The notes under the pieces: model-generated
What the model saw: the letters and a program-made list of their open reading frames with translations, nothing else
Told to the model about the DNA's origin: nothing
Database searches by the model: none
Shown here: positions 29,743 through 39,477 of the stretch, one piece after another
Numbering within the stretch: position 1 is the first letter of the stretch
Layout: every line of letters starts with the position of its first letter
Made by a program: the position numbers and the translations under genes
From: an uncultured Actinomycetes bacterium
GTDB lineage: Bacteria > Actinomycetota > Coriobacteriia > Anaerosomatales > Anaerosomataceae
DNA: 64,000 nt
Assembly (NCBI GenBank): GCA_963700295.1
Contig: CAVOWY010000005.1
Span: forward strand, 17,405-81,404
Direction of reading: 5' to 3'

Positions 29743-30786
29743 ATGAGCGAAGACATGCTGCTCATCTTGCAGGACGCTTTCACGATCACCGGCAGGGGCA
29801 CGGTGTTGGTGGGCGAACTGGTGGCGGGCTCAGTTGCGGTAGGCGATGAGATCGTCGTCACCGAGCCGAGCGGACAGAGTCGTGTCGTACGCGTCACCGG
29901 TGTCGAATCCAAGCGGAAGCTCCTCGAGGGTGCTTCGGTCGGCATCGGGCAGATCGGCCTGCTGGTGGACGGCGTGCGCAAAGACGAGGTCGCACGGGGA
30001 TCGTCGGTGCGCGGCGTGCCTGCGCCGGCCTCGCGCACGTCCGGTGTGCCCGCAGCCTGGCTCGCCGACCCGGCGGGGCGGCACCAGCTGCGCTACTGGG
30101 ACGGCACGACGTGGACCGCACATGTTGCAGACGCGGGCGTCACCGCGCGGGATCCACTAGCGGCTGAGCCGCCCGCGGAGAGCGGCGCGGTAGCTGGCGG
30201 TTCGCCTGCGGCCGCCGAACTCGAAGCCCTGCGCGCGCGCGTCACGGAGGTTCTCCTGAGCCACGGCCCCACGGTGTTCGCGCCCCTGAAGCTCGATATC
30301 GACCTGCAGCAACTGCCCGAGCGCATCGTGTCCCTCGGCGCCGAGCTCGAGCGCGCCGATCGGCCGGGGAAGGCGCTAGACGTGCTCCACCGCCGAGCGG
30401 CAATCTACGAGGTCTTAGGCATGCAGACCGAGGCTGATCGCGACCGACTCGCATGGGCGGCCATCAAGGAAGGTCACTCAGGGCTGCGCCGGACCTCGAA
30501 GGCCTGGGCCGTGGGCGTCTTCGGCCTTGAGCATGGCGCCACGTTTGCGGCGGCATACGACCTGTCCGTCAGAGACGAGGGGAAGAGGGTGCGCGTGCCG
30601 CTGATGCGCGCGGGACGTGCGATAGCCCTCGGGTACTGCACGAAGTGCGGGGGCGTCCAGCAACTCGATGAGCACCTGCGCTGCCAGCGAGGGCACACCA
30701 AGATCGAGGACGTTGCGTGCGTCGTTCCCGAGGACATGCCAGAGACACGGACGGCGCTGCAGGCGGCTCATTCCGACAGCAGGTGA
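29743..30786 (+). CDS. Protein with an N-terminal EF-Tu domain-2-like beta-barrel and a DUF2510-like motif
   Basis: LLILQDAFTITGRGTVLVGELVAGSVAVGDEIVV resembles EF-Tu domain II. AWLADPAGRHQLRYWDGTTWTAHV resembles DUF2510. RBS GAGGGGG. Confidence 0.55.
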   Translation: MSEDMLLILQDAFTITGRGTVLVGELVAGSVAVGDEIVVTEPSGQSRVVRVTGVESKRKLLEGASVGIGQIGLLVDGVRKDEVARGSSVRGVPAPASRTSGVPAAWLADPAGRHQLRYWDGTTWTAHVADAGVTARDPLAAEPPAESGAVAGGSPAAAELEALRARVTEVLLSHGPTVFAPLKLDIDLQQLPERIVSLGAELERADRPGKALDVLHRRAAIYEVLGMQTEADRDRLAWAAIKEGHSGLRRTSKAWAVGVFGLEHGATFAAAYDLSVRDEGKRVRVPLMRAGRAIALGYCTKCGGVQQLDEHLRCQRGHTKIEDVACVVPEDMPETRTALQAAHSDSR

Positions 30787-30886
30787 TGCGGAGGACGGGG
30801 CCTCCGAATGCCGACGCCGGGAGTCATAATCAAAGGGTACACTCATTACCAACATCCATCCGGGGTAGTCGAGATCGGGGGGGCAT

Positions 30887-33115
30887 GTGGACGCCATCAT
30901 AGGTGTGCTCGGCGTGCTTGGAGCGGTGATCGTCCTTGCCATCGTCGGCATAGCGATCCTGTGGTTCTTACTCGGGGTGCGGGTCATCCGCTCGGACCGC
31001 GTCGGCATCCTCGAGAAGTGGTGGTCGCCGAGGGGGTCCCTCAAGGACAACATCATCGCGCTCAAGGGCGAAGCCGGTTACCAGCCGGGCGTTCTGCGCG
31101 GCGGTATCCACTTCCGGACCCCGCTCATGTACCGGGTGCACGTGATGCCGCTCATCACGATCCCGCAGGGCAAGATCGGCTACGTCTTCGCCCGTGACGG
31201 TCAGCCGCTCGAGCCGCAGCAGACGCTGGCGCACCTGGTGAGCTGCAATTACTTCCAGGACGTCCAGGCGTTCTTCGCCAACGGCGGGCAGCGTGGTCCG
31301 CAGCGCGCGATCCTCCGCGAGGGCACCTACGCGTTCAACCTCGCGCAGTTCGTCATCATCACCGAGAGCCGGACCTTCTTCCTGCCGATGGGCAGCCGCG
31401 AAGAGGAGTCCACGATCATCTCGATGGCGCAGTACCTGCAGGCGCTCAAGGGCTTCGACCCGGTCGTCATCCGCGGTGCGGACGACCGTACCGGCATCGT
31501 GACGATCCACGACGGCCCGTCGCTGCCGGGGGGCGACATCATCGCTCCGACCGTGGGAGACGTCGCAACAGACCCGAACTATCACAACAGCTTCCAGAAC
31601 CCCGAGAAGTTCCTCGCCGCAGGCGGCTACCGTGGCCGTCAGTACCAGGTACTGACCGAGGGCACGTACTTCATCAACCGCCTGTTCGGTACCGTCGAGG
31701 TCATCCCCAAGATCACCGTGCCGGTCGGCTTTGCCGGCGTGGTCGTGAGCTACATCGGCCCGCGCGGCACGGACACTTCGGGTGAGGAGTACCGTCACGG
31801 CGAGCTCGTTGCCCAGGGCAACCGCGGGGTCTGGAACGAAGCGCTGTTGCCTGGCAAGTACGCATTCAACACCTACGCGGGCTCCATCGTGATGGTCCCC
31901 ACCACCAACATCATCCTCAAGTGGGTGCGCGGCGAGTCCGGCGAGCACCACTACGACGAGAACCTCGCCGAAGTGAACCTCATCACCAAGGACGCGTTCG
32001 AGCCGCTGCTGCCGCTGTCCGTGGTCGTACACATCGACTACAAGAAGGCTCCGCTGGTGATCCAGCGATTCGGCGACATCAAGATGCTCGTGAACCAGAC
32101 CCTCGACCCGATGGTTTCGGCGTACTTCAAGAACGTGGGCCAGACCAAGACGATCATCGAGCTCATCCAGCAGCGTTCTGATATCCAGAAGACCTCATCG
32201 GTCGAGATGCAGGAGAAGTTCGGTCACTACAACCTGCAGCTTGAAGAGGTCCTCATCGGCACGCCGCACTCCCCGCAGGGCGACGACCGCATCGAGACGA
32301 TCCTCATGCAGCTCCGCGACCGGCAGGTGGCGTTCGAGAAGCTCGAGACGTTCGAGAAGCAGCGCATCGCTGCCGACAAGGAACGCGAGCTCAAAGAGGC
32401 CGAGGCAACCGCCGAGCAGCAGACCACGCTCACCCAGTCGCAGATCAACATCCAGGTGCAGGAGAACCAGGCGCGTGCCGATCTGCAGCGCGCGGTGCAA
32501 GACGCCGAGCGGGTGCGCACGCTCGCCAAGGCCGACGCCGACCGGGTCAAGACGCTCGCCGACGGTGACGCCGAGAAGATCAAGCTCATGGCGAACGCGG
32601 ATGCCAAGAAGGTCGAGATGATGGCCGAGGCGGACGCCACCCGCGTGAAGAAGATCGGCGAGGCCGACGCTCTCCGCGTCAAGCTCATCGCGCAGGCCGA
32701 CGCCGAGAAGGAAGCCAAGGTCGGTGTCGGTAAGGCCATCGCCATCGACGAGCAGGTCCGCGCCTACGGCGGCCCGCAGCTCCAGCTCATGCAGGACGTG
32801 ATGACCAAGCTCGCGACGGCGATCGAGTCTTCCAAGGTGCCGATCGTCCCCAGCACCGTCGTCAACATGGGCGGCGAGGGCGGGGACAGCTCGAGCATGA
32901 ACGCCTTCGGCCTGCTGATGGGCCTCATGGCCACCGACAAGCTCGGCGAGTTCACCGCGGCGGCCGAGCGGCCGATCGATCCCTCGCAGCTGCAGATGGT
33001 CGCCGAGATCAAGAAGCAGATGCGCGATCAGGCGGTTGCAGAGGCGAAGCCGGCTGCGAAGCCGTCGACAAAGGCGCCTGAGCCCCCGGCCGCGCCACCC
33101 AGCGCGGAGGTGTAG
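30887..33115 (+). CDS. SPFH / flotillin-like membrane protein (YqiK/FloA type)
   Basis: N-terminal TM, SPFH domain, long coiled-coil with repeated ADA(D/E)..VK.. segments, Pro/Ala-rich tail. Followed by a strong hairpin terminator. Confidence 0.8.
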   Translation: MDAIIGVLGVLGAVIVLAIVGIAILWFLLGVRVIRSDRVGILEKWWSPRGSLKDNIIALKGEAGYQPGVLRGGIHFRTPLMYRVHVMPLITIPQGKIGYVFARDGQPLEPQQTLAHLVSCNYFQDVQAFFANGGQRGPQRAILREGTYAFNLAQFVIITESRTFFLPMGSREEESTIISMAQYLQALKGFDPVVIRGADDRTGIVTIHDGPSLPGGDIIAPTVGDVATDPNYHNSFQNPEKFLAAGGYRGRQYQVLTEGTYFINRLFGTVEVIPKITVPVGFAGVVVSYIGPRGTDTSGEEYRHGELVAQGNRGVWNEALLPGKYAFNTYAGSIVMVPTTNIILKWVRGESGEHHYDENLAEVNLITKDAFEPLLPLSVVVHIDYKKAPLVIQRFGDIKMLVNQTLDPMVSAYFKNVGQTKTIIELIQQRSDIQKTSSVEMQEKFGHYNLQLEEVLIGTPHSPQGDDRIETILMQLRDRQVAFEKLETFEKQRIAADKERELKEAEATAEQQTTLTQSQINIQVQENQARADLQRAVQDAERVRTLAKADADRVKTLADGDAEKIKLMANADAKKVEMMAEADATRVKKIGEADALRVKLIAQADAEKEAKVGVGKAIAIDEQVRAYGGPQLQLMQDVMTKLATAIESSKVPIVPSTVVNMGGEGGDSSSMNAFGLLMGLMATDKLGEFTAAAERPIDPSQLQMVAEIKKQMRDQAVAEAKPAAKPSTKAPEPPAAPPSAEV

Positions 33116-33139
33116 AACCACCCGCACGCATCGTAGGAG

Positions 33140-33170
33140 AGGCCCCGCTCCTGGCGGGGCCTCTCCGCGT
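33140..33170 (+). terminator. Hairpin GGAGAGGCCCCGC-TCCTG-GCGGGGCCTCTCC downstream of the flotillin gene
   Basis: 13-bp perfect stem seen in the sequence. Confidence 0.4.
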
Positions 33171-33233
33171 CCGGAAGTTGTGTTCGCGTAGCCAGGGGCA
33201 CACAATGCATATGCGGGCGAAAGGAGTTCTACT

Positions 33234-33773
33234 GTGATTCGCCGAGTGCTTCTCGCAACCCTCGTTCTCGCAATCTCCCTGGCGGCCTTCGGCTGCGATG
33301 GCGCGGCTGACGACACGACCGCTACCGACGATGGGATCGACACCGGCGCACCGAATGCTGCGGACGGCGCGGTGGATGCCTCGGCTCTGCTCACGCCCGC
33401 CGACGTTGAAGCGATCTCCGGGCTCACCGGCTTGGAAGTCGTGCCGTACGATCCGGCCGTCGGCGCCGGTGGGGACGTGAACATCGCGACCGCCGACGGA
33501 CAGCTGGTGACGATGCTCGTCGTCGAGGGTCCCGAGACCTGGGACGCATGGCTCACGGACGGCTACACCGTGGCCGAGTCGGTGACACCACCGGTGGGCG
33601 ATGAGTCGTTCATCGGCCCCAACCCGGACACCTCGTCGACCACCTATATCTTCGGCTTCCGGAAGGGCGACATCGCCGTCGTGCTCGACACGTACTTCGA
33701 CACGAACGGCGAGACGATCCTGAGCGTCGAGCAACTGCGGCAGCTGGCCGAGATCGTCGAGGGCAGGCTCTAG
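33234..33773 (+). CDS. Hypothetical lipoprotein
   Basis: Signal peptide with lipobox LAAFGC, RBS AAAGGAG. Confidence 0.5.
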   Translation: MIRRVLLATLVLAISLAAFGCDGAADDTTATDDGIDTGAPNAADGAVDASALLTPADVEAISGLTGLEVVPYDPAVGAGGDVNIATADGQLVTMLVVEGPETWDAWLTDGYTVAESVTPPVGDESFIGPNPDTSSTTYIFGFRKGDIAVVLDTYFDTNGETILSVEQLRQLAEIVEGRL

Positions 33774-33873
33774 CTTCATCCGTTGCCCGCCCGTAACCGC
33801 CGCGGGCAGGGAAAGCGGTCTCCGCGTCGTACTCTCCCAAAGGGACGACCTGTCCCCATGATCCGGTTAGGAC

Positions 33874-35280
33874 GTGCTATTCATGCTCTCCGAACGCATC
33901 GTCACTGGTGCGCTGCGCATACTCAATCGAAGCTACCTCGGCCAGCAGCCCGCTGATGTGACACAGCTTCCCGCTCCGTCGCCCGGCAAGCAGTACACGC
34001 TGTATCTGCACGTGCCGTTCTGCGAGCGCCTGTGCCCGTACTGTTCGTTCAACCGGTTCCTGTACGGCGAGGACCGGGCACGCACGTACTTCAAGTCGCT
34101 GCGCACCGAGCTCGAGCGCTCCGCTGACCTCGGCTACCAGTTCGCGACGCTCTACGTCGGCGGAGGCACGCCGACCATTCTGATCGACGAGCTCTGCGAG
34201 ACGATCGACCTCGCGCGGCGGCTGTTCCCGGAGATCCAGGAGGTCTCCGCCGAGACGAGCCCCAACCACATCACCGAAGCGACGATCGAGGCGCTCAAGG
34301 ACCGCGTGGACCGCTTCAGCGTGGGCGTGCAGAGCTTCGACGACACGCTGCTCAACCAGATGGCCCGCTACGACAAGTACGGCTGCGGCGAGAAGGTGTT
34401 CGAGCGGGTGCAGTTCGCGGCCGGCAAGTTCCACTCGCTCAACGTGGACATGATCTTCAACTTCCCGAGCCAGAACCGCGCCATGCTCGAGCGGGACATC
34501 GAGCTCGTGAAGCAGACCGGCGCAAACCAGACGACGTTCTACCCGCTCATGGCTTCGCCAAAGAACCGCCGGGAGCTTGCCCGCACTATCGGGGCGATCG
34601 ACTTTGCCCGAGAGGCCGACTACTACCGCATCGTCTACGAGGGACTTGCTCCGGAGTTCGAGGCCGCGTCGGCCTGGACGTTCTCCAAGGAGAAGGGCGG
34701 CATGATCGACGAGTACATCGTCGACTACGACGAGTACGTGGGTCTCGGCTCGGGTGCGCTGTCGTTCATCGGCGGTCGCATCTACAACAACACGTTCTCG
34801 CTCTCGGACTACTCCACCCGCATCGATGAGGGTCGGACTCCGATCGCTAACATGGGTCGAACGTACAGCCGCAAGGCCCGGATGCGCTACCGGTTCGTGA
34901 CCGATCTCTTCGGCCTGCGGCTCGACAAAGAGCGCTTCCAGCGCGATTTCGGCATGCCGGTGGAGCGAGGGCTGTGGGCAGAGCTTGCGTTCATGCGGAT
35001 GGCGGGAGGGATCGCCACCGACACACCCACGGAGATCACCCTCACGCCGGCCGGCCGCTATCTGCTGCTCGTGATGATGCGCGAGACGCTCGCTGCATCG
35101 AACGATCATCGTGATCACGCGCGCGAACTGCTGCCTGCCGAGGAGAAGCTCCTTCTGAACGACGACGCCGAGATGTCGTGCCAGGCCACGGCGGAGGAGT
35201 TCGAGGTCCCGCTTGAGGGATACAGTCTCCCGCTGGACGCTCCCGAGGCTCCTGTGGAGGAGTGCCGCGCCGTCTGCTAG
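33874..35280 (+). CDS. HemN/HemW-family radical SAM protein
   Basis: CERLCPYCSF (CxxxCxxC), GGGTP, HemN C-terminal region. Confidence 0.8.
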   Translation: MLFMLSERIVTGALRILNRSYLGQQPADVTQLPAPSPGKQYTLYLHVPFCERLCPYCSFNRFLYGEDRARTYFKSLRTELERSADLGYQFATLYVGGGTPTILIDELCETIDLARRLFPEIQEVSAETSPNHITEATIEALKDRVDRFSVGVQSFDDTLLNQMARYDKYGCGEKVFERVQFAAGKFHSLNVDMIFNFPSQNRAMLERDIELVKQTGANQTTFYPLMASPKNRRELARTIGAIDFAREADYYRIVYEGLAPEFEAASAWTFSKEKGGMIDEYIVDYDEYVGLGSGALSFIGGRIYNNTFSLSDYSTRIDEGRTPIANMGRTYSRKARMRYRFVTDLFGLRLDKERFQRDFGMPVERGLWAELAFMRMAGGIATDTPTEITLTPAGRYLLLVMMRETLAASNDHRDHARELLPAEEKLLLNDDAEMSCQATAEEFEVPLEGYSLPLDAPEAPVEECRAVC

Positions 35281-35355
35281 CGCGGGTTCGGGGGAATCCT
35301 CACAAGCAGACGCACCATCGCGCGGGTCCGACCATGTGATCGAGGGGCGAACGGC

Positions 35356-35568
35356 ATGAGCGAGTTCTCGCCCATACGCGGCAAGTGCCTGTACTGGCGC
35401 GAGCAACCGAACTACGACGACCTGTACGATCCGCGCGTGAAGCAGGGCCAGCGGCGCATCGTGTGCTCGTGCTTCGTCGAGGGCGACACGTGGACGTACA
35501 CCGAAGATGAGGTCCCTTCGGACTGCCTCCAGAAGATGCACTGCCGGTACTACATCCACTTCGGCTAA
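35356..35568 (+). CDS. Small Cys-rich protein (70 aa, 5 Cys)
   Basis: RBS GAGGGG, followed by a hairpin terminator. Confidence 0.45.
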   Translation: MSEFSPIRGKCLYWREQPNYDDLYDPRVKQGQRRIVCSCFVEGDTWTYTEDEVPSDCLQKMHCRYYIHFG

Positions 35569-35578
35569 GGAATAAGAA

Positions 35579-35607
35579 GCGGCCCCCCTCGTGAGAGGAA
35601 GGGCCGC
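35579..35607. terminator. Bidirectional hairpin (GCGGCCCCCCTC-GTGA-GAGGAAGGGCCGC) between convergent genes
   Basis: Seen in the sequence. Confidence 0.35.
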
Positions 35608-35671
35608 CTCCGGAAGCCGGCTCGATTGAATGCTTTGCAGGTCCGACTTGTACGAGCCAGCGGTTCCGCAA

Positions 35672-35830
35672 TCAGTAGCGCACTGAGCACCCGATGCCGT
35701 GCACGACCCGGATCTGGTAGCCGGCCCCGTTGCAGGCGTGGCACTTGCGCCAGTCCTTGGAGCCGGAATGCGCCGCGGACTCCACGACCTTGTTGCCCTT
35801 GCAGATCGGGCACGTCTCTCTCTTGACCAT
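35672..35830 (-). CDS. 52-aa zinc-ribbon protein with two CxxC pairs
   Basis: MVKRETCPICKGNKVV...CHACNGAGYQ.., strong RBS GAGGAGGTG. Not in the ORF track (<60 aa). Confidence 0.55.
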   Translation of the reverse strand: MVKRETCPICKGNKVVESAAHSGSKDWRKCHACNGAGYQIRVVHGIGCSVRY

Positions 35831-36082
35831 CGCGGGCACCTCCTCGGCAGCTGTTCGCCCATGTTAAGCAACGTTCAGGCCAATTCTCCGCAGAGCGAGG
35901 AGTGACTTGTTCACTTCGGACGAGCGGGCATCGCGGGCCTGCATCGGTGACATCGGTCACCATGTGACGGCGCGGCAACGAATCAGGGGCAGCACGGCAG
36001 CGGAGGGTTGATGCATACCCGCATGCGCACGATAGTCAAGTGGAATGCATACGAGCGATGCACGGCAAGAGGATGAGCGGAG

Positions 36083-36415
36083 ATGGGCGCACTGAGATCG
36101 GAACGGCACATTCGCCAGGCGGCCGAGGCGTTGGCGCCCCGCATGGTGCGGGCCGAGGCGGCGATCGAGCCGCACGTGGACCGGGCCGTCGTCCTCATCG
36201 GCATCGCCTACCCGTTCGCGATGACACCGCAGCTGTACAACGTCTGGGCGCTGCATCGCACCGCGGGATTCTCGGGCATCACCTACGGGATCGGCCTGGC
36301 GATGGCTATCACGTGGACGGCCTACGGCCTGATCCACCGCGAGAAGGCGATCTGGATGCTCAACACCATCTGGGTCGGCGTGCACGGTGCGATGATCGCG
36401 GGGCTGCTCCGCTAG
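36083..36415 (+). CDS. PQ-loop (SemiSWEET-like) small membrane protein; true start may be Met 36143
   Basis: 3 TM helices, with PQLYNV in the first helix. Confidence 0.5.
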   Translation: MGALRSERHIRQAAEALAPRMVRAEAAIEPHVDRAVVLIGIAYPFAMTPQLYNVWALHRTAGFSGITYGIGLAMAITWTAYGLIHREKAIWMLNTIWVGVHGAMIAGLLR

Positions 36416-36433
36416 ACGATCAGCGCCCGGCGC

Positions 36434-37603
36434 CTACATCGCTTCCTTGCTCGTCTCCTCGATGGCCTTGTCGATCTGCTTGCGCAGCACGTCCGGCAGG
36501 CCGGGGATGTCGATGTTCACGAACCCGCGGGTGATCATCGAGACAGCTTCGTCTTTCGGCAAGCCGCGCGTCATGAGGTAGTAGATCTCCTCGGCGGCGA
36601 TCGGTGAGATCGCGGCCTCGTGGCTGAGTTCCGCGCCGGGTGCGCCCTCGCTCGCAAGATCCGGGATCGCCCACTGCGTTGATTCCGGGGACTGTACGAT
36701 GCCACGGCAGTCGAGATGCGCCTTGCAGTCGTTGGTCCTGCCGATGAGGCGTCCGCGCGAGTACACGGTCGACTGGTCGAGGGAGACGGTGCGTGCCACG
36801 GCTTCCGAGCGCGAACCCTCGCCGATGAGCTGGGTCTCGCTGCCGAGGTCGATGATGGAGTCCTTGAGGCCGTAGACGATCGAGTTGAAGACGGCGGTCG
36901 AGCGCTTGCCGATAAGCTTGGCCACGGGGAACGCCTGGATCGACTTCACCGGCGTGAGCAGCACGTAGTTGTTGATGTAGATGCCGTCGTCGTCCACGAC
37001 CACCCCGGTGCGTGGGCGGACGCTGAAGTCCTGGGCCCAGTTGTGCACCATCGTGAAGGTGAGCTTGGCGTTCTTGCCGATGTAGAACTCGGAGATGCCC
37101 GCGTGCAGGCCCTCCTTCACGTCTACGTGGACGTTGCAGCCGGTGATGACGTTCGCCTCGGCGCCGTCCTCCACGATGATGATGTTGTGCACGTTCTGGC
37201 TGACGTTGCTCTCGGACACGAAGAGGCACGCCTGGATCGGCTTCTCCACCTTGCGGCCGGCCTTCACGCGGATGAAGTAGCCCTCGGTCTGGTGAAGCGC
37301 CACGATGGCGGTGTACTTGTCCTTATCGGGCATGACCGCGCGCCACCAGTACTTCTCGAGCATCTCCTCGGGCCACAGGCGCAGTGCGTCCTCGGTGCTC
37401 ATGATCTCGATGGCGTCGTCGAATGCTTTCTGGACGCGCTCGTAGATCGGGGTGCGGTCCATCTGGAAGTAGCTGGCCGAGCGGTCGGACTCGTCGGCCA
37501 TGAAGCCCGAGTGGATGACGGTCTCCTTGACCTGCTTCTGCAGCGACTCGAGGGAGTCGATCTTGTCCTGCTCGGACACGGTCTTGAACCGCGTGATGTC
37601 CAC
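36434..37603 (-). CDS. sufD: SufB/SufD-family Fe-S cluster assembly protein
   Basis: SufBD beta-helix region. Confidence 0.75.
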   Translation of the reverse strand: MDITRFKTVSEQDKIDSLESLQKQVKETVIHSGFMADESDRSASYFQMDRTPIYERVQKAFDDAIEIMSTEDALRLWPEEMLEKYWWRAVMPDKDKYTAIVALHQTEGYFIRVKAGRKVEKPIQACLFVSESNVSQNVHNIIIVEDGAEANVITGCNVHVDVKEGLHAGISEFYIGKNAKLTFTMVHNWAQDFSVRPRTGVVVDDDGIYINNYVLLTPVKSIQAFPVAKLIGKRSTAVFNSIVYGLKDSIIDLGSETQLIGEGSRSEAVARTVSLDQSTVYSRGRLIGRTNDCKAHLDCRGIVQSPESTQWAIPDLASEGAPGAELSHEAAISPIAAEEIYYLMTRGLPKDEAVSMITRGFVNIDIPGLPDVLRKQIDKAIEETSKEAM

Positions 37604-37687
37604 GTCGGGGCCGAGGGCCGCGGGCTTGTCGATGGCCGACTCCGCTGCGAGCGCGGATCTCCTCGAGGCGCGCTGCCGCGCTGGGGC

Positions 37688-38462
37688 TTAGCTGAAGCTC
37701 TGGCATAGTTTGCACTCCACACAGGCGTCGTAACCGTGGCTGGATATCTCTTCGATCAGGTCGAGCGGGTTGCCCTTGCAGGCAAGCCGGCCGCTGTAGA
37801 GCACGTGCGCCACGTCGGCGTTCACGAACTCCAGGATGTGGCCGGTGTGGGTGATGATGAGGCCGGCGCGGGTGCGCTCGGAGATGCGCTCCTCGCCCTT
37901 GAGCAGCGCGTTCATGGCGCTGCCGACGACCGCGATGTTGTCGAGGTCCACGCCGCTCTCGGGCTCGTCGAACAGCGCGAGCTCGGGCATCTGTGCGAGC
38001 AGCTGGGCCATCTCGGAGCGCTTGGCCTCGCCGCCGGAGAAGCCCATGTTCACGTCGCGCTCGAGCATGTGGCCGAGATTGAGGTCCTCGTCGAGGGCGG
38101 CGACCGTGTCGTCTGTGAGCTCTCCGCGCGCCGCCACTTCGATCAGCTGGCGCAGCTTAACGCCGCGGACCGCTGGCGGACGCTGGAACGCGATGCCGAT
38201 GCCCATGCGGGCGCGCTCGTCGATCGTCGAGGTCGGCAAGGTCCATGCCCTTGAAGAGGATGCGGCCCTTGGTCACCTGGTAGCCGGGCATGCCGACGAT
38301 CGTGTTGAGCAGAGTCGACTTGCCACCGCCGTTAGGGCCGAGCAGGACGTGGGTCTCGCCCTCGTTGATGGTGAGATCGACGCCGCGCAGGATCTCACGG
38401 TCGCCAACGGAGACGTGCAGGTCTTCGATCTGCAGCAGGGGTACGGGCTTCTCTGAGGCCAT
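37688..38462 (-). pseudogene. sufC: SufC-type ABC ATPase split by one frameshift near 38230
   Basis: Walker A LLGPNGGGKST in ORF 38157-38462; Q-loop and signature FSGGEAKR in ORF 37688-38239. Confidence 0.7.
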
Positions 38463-38616
38463 CGGTCACCTCGGTTCACTGGTCGTGGGGTCTGACAGGT
38501 CATACTACCCCTAAGCGGGGAGGAGATGCGGCATAACTGTAGCAGTATGCACGCCAACGTTATACCCCTAGGGGGTATACCTCAACCGACACCGGGCGAG
38601 CCGAGGGAGGCGAGTG

Positions 38617-39477
38617 ATGGAGAGCAGGAGGGCGGACTCGCCCAGCGGCGACGCCGCGCTCGCGTCGTTCGTCCGCCGCGTGTGGGAACACTACCGCGAG
38701 CAGGGGCGCGATCTGCCCTGGCGCCGGACCGACGACCCGTACGCCGTGCTTGTCTCGGAGGTCATGCTCCAGCAGACGCAGGTGATTCGCGTCGTCCCCA
38801 AGTACGCCGAGTTCCTCGAGGCGTTCCCCACGGTCGAGACGCTGGGCACGGCGCCGCTCGACGAGCTACTGCGCGTCTGGAGCGGTCTCGGCTACAACCG
38901 GCGCGCCCTCAACCTCAAGCGAGCGGCCGAGACGATCGTGGCGGAGCATGGCGGCCGGGTGCCGGATACGCTCGAGGGCCTCACCGCGCTCCCCGGCATC
39001 GGTCATGCCACGGCCGCTCAGGTCCTCGCGTTCGCGTTCGACCTCGGCGTGCCGTTCATCGAGACGAACATCCGCAGCGTCTTCCTGCACGAGTTCTTCG
39101 GCGATGCCGAGGACGTGCCGGACGCCGCGATCCTGCCGCTCGTAGAGGCGACCCTTCCTGCCGAGGGGGCACGCGAGTGGTTCTGGGCGCTCATGGACTA
39201 CGGCACGCACCTGAAGGCGACGCTGCCCAACCCCTCGCGCCGCAGCCGCCATCACGTGCAGCAGGGTCGCTTCGAGGGGTCGAACCGCCAACTGCGCGGG
39301 CGGCTGCTCGTGGCGCTTGCCGAAGACGCCGGGCGTGTGGCCGGCTCCCGCGGGCTCGCCACCAACGTACTCGCCGAGGCGGTCCGCTTCGAGCCTGAGC
39401 GCGTGGAGGCGGCGCTCGCGGCGCTTCAGTCCGAGGGGTTCGTCGTCTCCGAGGACGGCCGCTGGCGCATCGGCTGA
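38617..39477 (+). CDS. HhH-GPD-family DNA glycosylase (MutY/Nth-like)
   Basis: LPGIGHATAAQVLAFAF helix-hairpin-helix. RBS GAGGGAGG. Confidence 0.65.
   Translation: MESRRADSPSGDAALASFVRRVWEHYREQGRDLPWRRTDDPYAVLVSEVMLQQTQVIRVVPKYAEFLEAFPTVETLGTAPLDELLRVWSGLGYNRRALNLKRAAETIVAEHGGRVPDTLEGLTALPGIGHATAAQVLAFAFDLGVPFIETNIRSVFLHEFFGDAEDVPDAAILPLVEATLPAEGAREWFWALMDYGTHLKATLPNPSRRSRHHVQQGRFEGSNRQLRGRLLVALAEDAGRVAGSRGLATNVLAEAVRFEPERVEAALAALQSEGFVVSEDGRWRIG

Noticed and set aside
28150-30786. 878-aa plus-strand ORF spanning the glycosyltransferase antisense strand, tRNA-Leu and the DUF2510 gene
   Set aside because: Only the last ~347 aa (from ATG 29743 with an RBS) are protein-like. The upstream part overlaps a tRNA and a minus-strand GT4 gene.
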